The notes beneath the pieces are model-generated. The model saw nothing but the letters and a program-made list of their open reading frames with translations. It had not been told where the DNA came from and did no database searches. From the NCBI GenBank assembly GCA_024231215.1, contig JAAEQR010000072.1, positions 641,210 to 705,209 of the forward strand: a stretch of DNA of 64,000 nucleotides, given 5' to 3'. This DNA is from PVC group bacterium (GTDB taxonomy: Bacteria; Omnitrophota; Gorgyraeia; B26-G9). Position numbers and translations under genes: made by a program. This document shows, piece after piece, positions 56,262-64,000 of this stretch. Position 1 is the stretch's first letter. Each line of letters begins with the position of its first letter.

Positions 56262-58155
56262 CCTGGTTTTGTTAGTGACTAAAGTGTTTCCGTTTGAGGC
56301 TGTTTGTGCTTTTGGGCGGTGGCTGGGCATGATAGCTTGTTTTTTTTCCGGGAAAAGGCAGCGGGTGGCGCGGTCAAATCTAAAGGCGGCGTTTGGCGAT
56401 CGATATTCTCATAATGAGCGGAAACAAATAGTAAACAATATTTTTAAAAGGATGGGGCAGAATTTTTGTGAACTTCTTTTTGCGCCAAGAATGGACGAAA
56501 GGTTTTTCAATAAATATACTAGTATTAAAAATTTTGATAAGGTTAAAGCTGCTGCGGAATTAAATAAGGGGCTAATATTTCTAAGTGCTCATTATGGGAA
56601 TTGGGAGCTTCCTGCGAAGATATCAGCTTTTCATGGGCGTCCCATGTTGGGACTCGCTAGGGAACAGAAGCCTTATTTTTTAAATGATATTTTGAATAAA
56701 TATCGGCAGATAAACGGCCCGCAAATAACCGGTAAAGGAGCACAGCTTAGGAATATAGTTAAACATTTAAAAGATGGTGGAATTGTTGGGATGCTGGGAG
56801 ATCAGAGCGGTAAACAGGGAAAGCAAATGGATTTTTTTGGGCGTCCGGTATATATGGCAGAAGGGGCTTTTCGTATTGCGGCAGCTACGGGCAGTCCGAT
56901 TGTTCCGGCGTTTACTATTGCCGATGGACATACTCATCAGTTGGTGTGGGAGGAGCCGATATTTATTGCCCAGGGGGAAAAGGATGAGCGGAAGATTGAA
57001 TTAGCAATGCTTAAATATCGGGATATGTTAGAGGAATATATTTCAAGGGATCCACAGCAATGGATGTGGGTTAATAAACGCTGGAAATATACAAGGGGGA
57101 AATCAATACTATTACTTACTGATGGGAAAATGGGGCATTTGCGTCAAGCCCAGGCAGTAGCTAATGAAATTATGGCTCAGAGGCCGCGTTCGAAGATTAA
57201 TACTGTTCAGATTGCTTTTAAAAGTTCTTGGCATCGAAATATTGTTACTACTTTAACATTTTTATTCCGTAATTTTATCAGTGATCCAATGAAATTATTG
57301 CGGTATGGATTGACTGGTAATTGTTATTGCGATCTTGAAAATACATTTGCTGATGTTATTATTTGTTGTGGATCATTAACTAGAGCAGGTGCATTGCTTC
57401 TTGGGCGGGAAAATCAGGCCAAGGTTATTGCTCTTATGAATCCCGCACCGTTTTTTGCCAGTAATTTTGATCTGGCTATCATTGCTCGTCATGATTACCC
57501 GACACAGATGAAAAAGGTAGTTGTTATCGATGGAGCGCTTAATTTAATTTCTCCTGAGTATATGAAAGAGCAGGTAGATAAGTTGAAACAAACTTGTGAT
57601 TTATCGCAAAAGCTGAAGATCGGATTACTTATCGGGGGTGATTCAAAAGACTATATTATTACGCTTGAGAGGATAAAAGAGATCGTTGTCCAGGTTAAAA
57701 AATTCCTTAAGGAATTTGATGTAGAACTTCTTCTGACAACATCGAGGAGAACTCCTGCTCAGGTGCAGGAATATTTAATTCAGAGTTTTAAAGATGATAA
57801 GCAGTGTGTTTTGTCTGCGTTTCCTGAGCAAGCTTGTTTCGATTTCGCGATGGGAGGGATATTAGGGGCTTGTAGTGTTGTGATCGTGTCTGGGGAAAGT
57901 GTTTCAATGGTGTCCGAAGCAGCAACTTCGGGAGCATACACTATAGTTTTTCCTCTGGAAGCGCGGGATCCTCGAAAAGTTAAAAAGCATGAGGTATTTT
58001 TAAGAGAATTAAAACGGTTGAAACATCTTTGTATTGTGAAGGGTGATTCATTGTATGAAGAGCTTTTACAGTATAAACGCAATCCTGCAATGCTACATAA
58101 ACTTGATGATCGAAAGAAACTTAAAACCGTAATAAAAGAAAAGATATTGAATTAA
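56215..58155 (+). CDS. Fusion of lipid A late acyltransferase (LpxL/HtrB family) and ELM1/GtrOC1-like domain
   Basis: N-half: SAHYGNWE, LGDQ, PQQWMWVNKRWK; C-half: LTDGKMGHLRQ, FDLAIIARHD, LLIGG, TTSRRTP, ESVSMVSEA. Confidence 0.85.
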   Translation: MKKDSLLSYLIYIPLSLVLLVTKVFPFEAVCAFGRWLGMIACFFSGKRQRVARSNLKAAFGDRYSHNERKQIVNNIFKRMGQNFCELLFAPRMDERFFNKYTSIKNFDKVKAAAELNKGLIFLSAHYGNWELPAKISAFHGRPMLGLAREQKPYFLNDILNKYRQINGPQITGKGAQLRNIVKHLKDGGIVGMLGDQSGKQGKQMDFFGRPVYMAEGAFRIAAATGSPIVPAFTIADGHTHQLVWEEPIFIAQGEKDERKIELAMLKYRDMLEEYISRDPQQWMWVNKRWKYTRGKSILLLTDGKMGHLRQAQAVANEIMAQRPRSKINTVQIAFKSSWHRNIVTTLTFLFRNFISDPMKLLRYGLTGNCYCDLENTFADVIICCGSLTRAGALLLGRENQAKVIALMNPAPFFASNFDLAIIARHDYPTQMKKVVVIDGALNLISPEYMKEQVDKLKQTCDLSQKLKIGLLIGGDSKDYIITLERIKEIVVQVKKFLKEFDVELLLTTSRRTPAQVQEYLIQSFKDDKQCVLSAFPEQACFDFAMGGILGACSVVIVSGESVSMVSEAATSGAYTIVFPLEARDPRKVKKHEVFLRELKRLKHLCIVKGDSLYEELLQYKRNPAMLHKLDDRKKLKTVIKEKILN

Positions 58156-60269
58156 TGAATATACTGCAAATTCTTCCACAACTTAAAAGCGGTGGAGTTG
58201 AAACAGGAACAGTGGATTTAGCCCGGGAATTGGTTAATCGTCAACATAAAGCCGTGGTTATTTCTTCCGGAGGGGCTTTAGTTGAAGAACTTACGCAGCT
58301 AGGAGCCAGGCATTATAAATTGCCGGTCCATAAAAAGTCCTTTCTTTCTGTTTTGAGTTTAATTCCTGCAGTTGCCCGGATTATAAAGAAAGAGAAGATT
58401 GATATCATTCATGCTCGCAGCCGTGTTCCCGCCTGGATTGGGTTTTTTGCGGCAAAGCTTTCCAAGACTATATTTATAACTACTTGTCATGGGTATTATG
58501 GCGAGCATTTTTTTAGCCGGGTTATGGGATTTGGCAAGTATGTTATTGTGATCAGTCAGATAATTGGTCGGAGAATGATCGATATATTTGGTGTAGCTAA
58601 TGAGAAAATCAGGCTTATTTATCGGGGCGTTGATTTAGAAAAATTCAAATTCAGGGGTTTTTTTACCCGGGATAATCCGAAAGAAAAAGTTGTCGGAATT
58701 ATTGGTCGCATTACACCGCTTAAAGGGCATGAACATTTTATAAAAGCATTACCGCAGATATTAAGTGAGTTTCCTGGATGTAAAATTCTTATTGCCGGAG
58801 ATGCTCCGAAACAGAAACGCGCATACTATAATTCATTGCTAACTTTAGTGGATAAATTGAAAATAAAGGACAGAGTTAAGTTTTTAGGGAATATCCAGGA
58901 TGTGCCGGAAGTATTAAAAAAACTGGATGTATTAGTTTTGTCTACTACAACTAATGAAGCGTTTGGCAGAGTAGTTATTGAGGCTGGAGCTGTGGGAGTT
59001 CCTGTAATTGCTACCAGAGTTGGTGGAGTTGTAGAGATAATAGATCACCAAGAGCATGGTTTATTGATTGATCCTGCGGATTCCTATCAATTAGCTAATG
59101 CGGTTGTTCGAATGTTAAAGGATAAGTCTTTGGCAGAAGCATGTGCGCAGCGTTTACAGGAGAAGGTGCGAACATGTTTTTCGCTAGAAAGACTTGCGGA
59201 TAAGACGATTGCTGTATATAAAGAAGCTTTAGAGAAGAGGAAGCTTTTAGTGGTTAAATTAGGGGCATTAGGAGATGTTATTTTAATAAGTCCGGCTTTA
59301 AAAGCCCTGAGGGAAAAGCATCCTAAAGCTTCTATTTCTTTGCTAATAAAGAAAGAATATAAAGATATTATCCAAGCTTGTCCTTTTATTGATGAGCTGA
59401 TAATTTTGAAGAATAAAGGCATTGGAGAAATAGTTAAGAATATTTTAAAACTAAAAAAAGAAGGTTTTGATGTTAGTATTGATTTTCAAAATAATAGATT
59501 AAGTCACTTAATGTGTTTCTTGGCTGGAATACCCCGGCGTTTTGGTTATAAAAATAATAAGTTCGGCTGGTTGCTAAATTGCGGAATTGCAAATAAAATT
59601 AAAAATATTGATCCGGTTGCTCATCAGGGATATGTATTACAGTCCCTAGGAGTAGAAATTTCTGATAAGAAGCTCAGTTTATGGATGAATGAAAGAAATG
59701 AAGAAAAAGCAAAAGGTTTTTTGGCTCGACAGTGGTTGGCTCAGGGGCAGATGCTTATTGGTATTAATGCTATAGCTAGCCGACGTTGGCAGAGTAAAGT
59801 ATGGTTGTCTGAATATTATGCACAGCTTGCAGATAAACTGGCAAATGAATTTAATGCACGTATTTTATTTACCGGCATAGATCAGAACAGAGATGAAATT
59901 GAAACTATAATTGCTCAGACCAATTGCAAACCGATTAACGCTTGTGGGAAAACTTCGTTGATTGAACTTGCTGCGCTGGTTAAATATTGTGCTGTTTTTT
60001 TGACTGTAGATAGTGCTCCAATGCATATCGCAGCGGCAGTAGGGACGCCATTTGTAGCTTTGTTTGGACCTACTGATCCGACAAGACATTTGCCATATGC
60101 GGAAAAATTTGTTTTAATAAAAAAGAACTTAGACTGTGCGCCATGTTACAAAACAAAATGTTTTGATAAAAAGTGCATGAAGGAAATTAGTGTGGATGAA
60201 GTGTATAGCGCAATGATCGAAAGTGTGGATAAAAAGAATGAATATATTACAATTAACAACCCATCTTAA
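58155..60269 (+). CDS. Fusion of GT4 glycosyltransferase and GT9 heptosyltransferase-like domain
   Basis: N-half: GGVE, HARSRVPAW, KGHE, EAFGRVVIEA; C-half: LGALGDVIL, DSAPMHIAAA, LFGPT, CAPC. Confidence 0.88.
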   Translation: MNILQILPQLKSGGVETGTVDLARELVNRQHKAVVISSGGALVEELTQLGARHYKLPVHKKSFLSVLSLIPAVARIIKKEKIDIIHARSRVPAWIGFFAAKLSKTIFITTCHGYYGEHFFSRVMGFGKYVIVISQIIGRRMIDIFGVANEKIRLIYRGVDLEKFKFRGFFTRDNPKEKVVGIIGRITPLKGHEHFIKALPQILSEFPGCKILIAGDAPKQKRAYYNSLLTLVDKLKIKDRVKFLGNIQDVPEVLKKLDVLVLSTTTNEAFGRVVIEAGAVGVPVIATRVGGVVEIIDHQEHGLLIDPADSYQLANAVVRMLKDKSLAEACAQRLQEKVRTCFSLERLADKTIAVYKEALEKRKLLVVKLGALGDVILISPALKALREKHPKASISLLIKKEYKDIIQACPFIDELIILKNKGIGEIVKNILKLKKEGFDVSIDFQNNRLSHLMCFLAGIPRRFGYKNNKFGWLLNCGIANKIKNIDPVAHQGYVLQSLGVEISDKKLSLWMNERNEEKAKGFLARQWLAQGQMLIGINAIASRRWQSKVWLSEYYAQLADKLANEFNARILFTGIDQNRDEIETIIAQTNCKPINACGKTSLIELAALVKYCAVFLTVDSAPMHIAAAVGTPFVALFGPTDPTRHLPYAEKFVLIKKNLDCAPCYKTKCFDKKCMKEISVDEVYSAMIESVDKKNEYITINNPS

Positions 60270-61314
60270 TTACGGGGGAATAAGTTCTTACTGCTTGTCA
60301 TTGTCCAAGGAATTGGCAGTTAAGGGACACAATGTTTATATCGGCTCATCTCCGGGAGATATGGTGCCTCATTTGGAGAGAAGTGGTATTGACTATATCG
60401 AACTTCCAATACAAACAAAATCAGAACTAAGTCCACGAGTGTTATTAAGTACGGCTAAACTGGTGAAACTTATAAAAGATAAGCAGATTGATATTATCCA
60501 TGCACATACGCGTGTTACTCAGATAACCGCATATTACTTGAATAGACTAACAGGGGTGCCTTTTGTAACTACTTGTCATGGTTTTTTTAAAAGGAATCTT
60601 GGTAGACAGATCTGCCCGGCTTGGGGGAGTAAAGTTATTGCAATTAGTGAAGCAGTTAAAAAACATCTAAAAATAGATTTTTATTTGCCGGAAGATAGAA
60701 TTGCTTTGATTCCTAACGGAATAGATATTACTCGTTTTAGAGTGTCTTCTCGAAAGACAGATTTAGAATCTCCGGCAAGGATAGTGGGTATTATTGCTCG
60801 CTTATCATCAGTTAAGGGGCATACTTGTTTAATTGAAGCAATGGCACAAGTTATAAAGGAATTTCCGGAAGCTAAATTATATGTTTTTGGGGAAGGTCAT
60901 ATGAAATATAAACTTATTGAACAAGCTGAAAAAATGGGGATGAGTGAAAGGATGCTGTTTCTGCCGTCAGTTTCTAATACACAAGAGGTGTTGCAGGAAA
61001 TAGATATATTTGTTATGCCTTCTTTGCAAGAAGGTCTGGGGTTGTCTATTTTAGAAGCACAGGCATGTGGACTTCCGGTAATTGCTTCTAATGTAGGGGG
61101 AATACCTACAGTTGTGAAAAATGAATTAAATGGTTTGCTGGTACCTCCGCAAGAGCCAAATGCTCTAGCGGGAGCAATAATGAAGGTTATGGATAATAAA
61201 GAATTGGCTGTTAAGTTAGGCAGGCATGCCAGAGCGAATGTAGAAGAACACTTTAATTTAGAAAAAATGGTGTCTCCTATAGAAACAGTGTATGAAGGGA
61301 TTCTTAAAAAATGA
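60238..61314 (+). CDS. GT4 glycosyltransferase
   Basis: GGI, IHAH, IPNGID, KGH, EGLGLSILEA. Confidence 0.92.
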   Translation: MNILQLTTHLNYGGISSYCLSLSKELAVKGHNVYIGSSPGDMVPHLERSGIDYIELPIQTKSELSPRVLLSTAKLVKLIKDKQIDIIHAHTRVTQITAYYLNRLTGVPFVTTCHGFFKRNLGRQICPAWGSKVIAISEAVKKHLKIDFYLPEDRIALIPNGIDITRFRVSSRKTDLESPARIVGIIARLSSVKGHTCLIEAMAQVIKEFPEAKLYVFGEGHMKYKLIEQAEKMGMSERMLFLPSVSNTQEVLQEIDIFVMPSLQEGLGLSILEAQACGLPVIASNVGGIPTVVKNELNGLLVPPQEPNALAGAIMKVMDNKELAVKLGRHARANVEEHFNLEKMVSPIETVYEGILKK

Positions 61315-62111
61315 ACAGAAAGATTTTACCTGCGATAATTGGTGTTATTTCAATTGTTATTATTGCCTGTTTTTTGCATAGCGTATATTCAGTTCCAGTA
61401 CTCATGTACCACAGTATAAATGGAAATTCGCAAAATTCCCGCTTAAGCGTAAGTCCTGAAAGTTTTGAAAAACAAATGAGTTTTTTAAAAAAACATAATT
61501 ATGAGATACTGACGTTATCTGAATATGTGGATATGCTTAAACAAAAGAAAAAGCCTTCTAAGAGATCTGTGGTTATTACTTTCGATGACGGCTTTGATAA
61601 TAATTATACGATGGCTTACCCGATATTAAAGAAACACAATATCCCCGCAGTGATATTTATTGTTGTAAACTGGGTTGGTAATTCGGGTATGATGAATTGG
61701 TCAGAAATTAAGGAACTGGTTGATAGTAATCTGATTGAAATTGGAAGTCATACTTTAGCTCACGATGAACTGACGAAAATGGATAAAGAAGAAGCTTTTC
61801 GGGAAATTCAGGAATCAAAACAGATTTTAGAATCGAAACTTAATAAGCCGATTAAGTTTTTGTGTTATCCCTGCGGGAGTTTTAATGCAGGTATTAAAGA
61901 GATAGTAGAGAAAAGTGACTATAAAGGTGCGTGTGCAACTCATCCCGGGGCTGAGTTACCGTTAGATGATGCCTATGCGATCCGCAGAATACGCATATCA
62001 CGCTCTTCAGATAATATGTTTATCTTTTGGGGGCAGATCTCAGGGTACTATACATATTTTAAAGACCGTAAAATTCAGAATAAAGATCATGAAAAAAATA
62101 CTTGTTATTAA
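61311..62111 (+). CDS. Polysaccharide deacetylase (CE4) with N-terminal anchor
   Basis: PVLMYH, ITFDDG, IGSHTLAH, CYPCG. Confidence 0.92.
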   Translation: MNRKILPAIIGVISIVIIACFLHSVYSVPVLMYHSINGNSQNSRLSVSPESFEKQMSFLKKHNYEILTLSEYVDMLKQKKKPSKRSVVITFDDGFDNNYTMAYPILKKHNIPAVIFIVVNWVGNSGMMNWSEIKELVDSNLIEIGSHTLAHDELTKMDKEEAFREIQESKQILESKLNKPIKFLCYPCGSFNAGIKEIVEKSDYKGACATHPGAELPLDDAYAIRRIRISRSSDNMFIFWGQISGYYTYFKDRKIQNKDHEKNTCY

Positions 62112-63099
62112 TGTTAATTGGTTAGGCGATGTTTTGTTTTCCACGCCGACATTAAAGGCTCTGCGTGCCAATGAGCCCGATGTTTATATAGCCTGTATTG
62201 TTGTATCTCGTTGCGAAGAAGTCTTGAAGTCCAATCCTGTGATTAATGAGATCATTGTCTATGATGAGTATGGTAAGCATCGCTCTTTTGGAGCGAAATT
62301 TCGTTTTATCCGTATGTTAAGGAAGAAGAAGTTTGATGTGGTATATGTTTTGCATCCTTCCCTGAAAAGGGCCATGATCGGATATCTAGCGGGAATTCCG
62401 GAAAGAATAGGCTATGACACTAAAAACAGATCTTTTTTGCTTACACGGCCTATTCCAGCTCCGGATCAACAGATGCATAAGATCGACTATTTTTTGAATC
62501 TCTTGAAAAACTGCGGGATAAAAACAGATGATCGAAAATGTGATTTTTTCATAAGTAGTGAAGATGAAGAAAAAGCGCAAGCATTGTTAGAAAGTAAAGG
62601 TCTTAAAGATGGAGAAAAGACTGTTCTTATAAATCCAGGAGGCAATTGGCTTCTAAAACGCTGGCCTGTGGAGTACTTTGCGAAGCTGGCAAATATCTTA
62701 AATGAAAAACAGAAGGTAAAGATAATTATTGCCGGAGCCAAAAAAGATTATGATTTAGCGAAGGAAATAGCGGATAAGATGATACGGGAACCTATAATAG
62801 TGACAGGCCAGACTAATTTGCCTGAGCTTGCTGCTGTTATGAAGCGTGCCGCTTGTGTTGTTTCGGCTGATTCAGGGCCTATGCATATTGCGTCTGCTTT
62901 TGGGGTTAATACCGTTGCTGTTTTTGGTCCGACTGCGGCGGACTTAACAGGTCCGATAGGTAATGCAAAGACTGTGATTTTGCAAAAAGATATTGGCTGT
63001 GAAATTCCGTGTTATCAGTTGAGTTGTGTTGATAATAAATGTATGAAGGCTGTTAGCCCCGAAGAAGTGGCGGATACGGTAAATAAATTTATGGAGTGA
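62089..63099 (+). CDS. waaF: LPS heptosyltransferase II (GT9)
   Basis: NWLGDVL, INPGG, KRWP, DSGPMHIA, VFGPT. Confidence 0.85.
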   Translation: MKKILVINVNWLGDVLFSTPTLKALRANEPDVYIACIVVSRCEEVLKSNPVINEIIVYDEYGKHRSFGAKFRFIRMLRKKKFDVVYVLHPSLKRAMIGYLAGIPERIGYDTKNRSFLLTRPIPAPDQQMHKIDYFLNLLKNCGIKTDDRKCDFFISSEDEEKAQALLESKGLKDGEKTVLINPGGNWLLKRWPVEYFAKLANILNEKQKVKIIIAGAKKDYDLAKEIADKMIREPIIVTGQTNLPELAAVMKRAACVVSADSGPMHIASAFGVNTVAVFGPTAADLTGPIGNAKTVILQKDIGCEIPCYQLSCVDNKCMKAVSPEEVADTVNKFME

Positions 63100-63106
63100 T
63101 TTTTTT

Positions 63107-63970
63107 ATGGATAAAAAGAAACTGTTACTTGTGTTGTTATGTATTTTTGTGTTTGCTTTAAATGGTTGTTCTTCCCGGTGTAAGTCTATTTCTGTAGAGA
63201 CTGCTGCAGAAAAACCGGTTGAAACTCAAATAGCTCCGCCGAAAGGTGTATTGAATATAGGTGAGAAATATTTCTATAAAGTAGGCTGGTTAGGACTTGA
63301 CGTAGGTTTAGCTACTATATATATAAAGGAAAAAACAGTAGTTGACGGGCGTGAAGTATATGAGGTTAACCTTACTACAGCAACAAATAAGTTTTTCTCA
63401 TTTTTTTACAAGGTGCGTGGTGAAGCTAATTCATACATAGACGCTCAGACGTTTAGGCCGGTTAAGCATAATTCATACACTAGCATAAATAAAAAGAAAA
63501 TATTCAAAAAGATAGAATATGATTTTGATAAGCTTATTGCTTATTCAGAGGATAAGAAAGGGCATCATGAAGTGCCTATCCCTGAGCATGTATTGGATCC
63601 ATTGGGAGTGTTTTATTATTTTTCTTTAAATACGGTTAAGCTGGGAGAGCCGGTAGAGTTGTTTCTAAATGCTGGCAAGAAGAATTTTCCGGTAACAGTC
63701 TTTGTTAAAACTCAAAGGCGTATTAGAACTCCGGCGGGTAGATTTTGGGCTTTTCTCGTAGAACCTACAGTACAGTCGGAACGGCAATTTGACGAGATTA
63801 TAAATGCTCAAGGACGTATGCGGGTGTGGTTTAGTTGTGATGATCGGCGTATTCCTTTAATTATTACTTTGAAAATTCCAGTTGGTACGGCTAAAGCGGT
63901 ATTAACTGATATTCAAGCTATTGAGGAAGAGATAGATTCTAATTCCGAAGAAGTTGTTACAGAGAGGTAG
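63107..63970 (+). CDS. DUF3108-like lipoprotein
   Basis: Lipobox LNGC; GEKYFYKVGWLG, TPAGRF, WFSCDDRRIPL. Confidence 0.75.
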   Translation: MDKKKLLLVLLCIFVFALNGCSSRCKSISVETAAEKPVETQIAPPKGVLNIGEKYFYKVGWLGLDVGLATIYIKEKTVVDGREVYEVNLTTATNKFFSFFYKVRGEANSYIDAQTFRPVKHNSYTSINKKKIFKKIEYDFDKLIAYSEDKKGHHEVPIPEHVLDPLGVFYYFSLNTVKLGEPVELFLNAGKKNFPVTVFVKTQRRIRTPAGRFWAFLVEPTVQSERQFDEIINAQGRMRVWFSCDDRRIPLIITLKIPVGTAKAVLTDIQAIEEEIDSNSEEVVTER

Positions 63971-64000
63971 GAAAGATATGCGTTTAAAAAGGAGGTTTGA

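Noticed and set aside
63978-64000. Start of a further ORF at the window edge
   Set aside because: Only about 7 codons visible; cannot be assigned

Overview
This is an AT-rich, gene-dense chromosomal window from an LPS-producing (diderm) bacterium, almost entirely on the + strand. Gene content (exosortase/PEP-CTERM, a DUF1559-type prepilin, many B12-type radical SAM enzymes, short PheT) resembles PVC-superphylum lineages such as Omnitrophota; this is inference, not demonstrated. From left to right: (1) an exosortase/EpsI pair with two PEP-CTERM proteins (one a GH26) and a secreted carbohydrate-binding-like protein; (2) a large orphan GspK-like protein, PilZ, transglutaminase, ABC ATPase/permease, M48 peptidase, PilZ, pyk, a TolB-like propeller and rpoN; (3) an ~11 kb cluster of four B12-type radical SAM genes with an FAD oxidoreductase, a deacetylase, a polyprenol-phosphate GT2 and a GT-C/TPR transferase; (4) a PyrR-attenuated pyr operon interrupted by EndoQ, flavodoxin, LOG, YjbQ, mutM and a half-size TauE; (5) yicC-remA-gmk-rpoZ-coaC-coaB, a prepilin, three tRNAs and thrS-infC-rpmI-rplT-pheS-pheT; (6) an accessory patch with an integron attC site but no integrase in the window, an adenylate cyclase-TPR protein, a Sel1/WD40 protein and a response regulator; (7) 6S RNA, rarA and an LPS cluster with LpxL-ELM1 and GT4-GT9 fusions. 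The best candidates for undescribed systems are the radical SAM/lipid-linked glycosylation cluster, the integrase-less cassette(s) behind pheT, the LpxL-ELM1 fusion and the transglutaminase-ABC module. All calls come from reading motifs by eye; no database searches were run.
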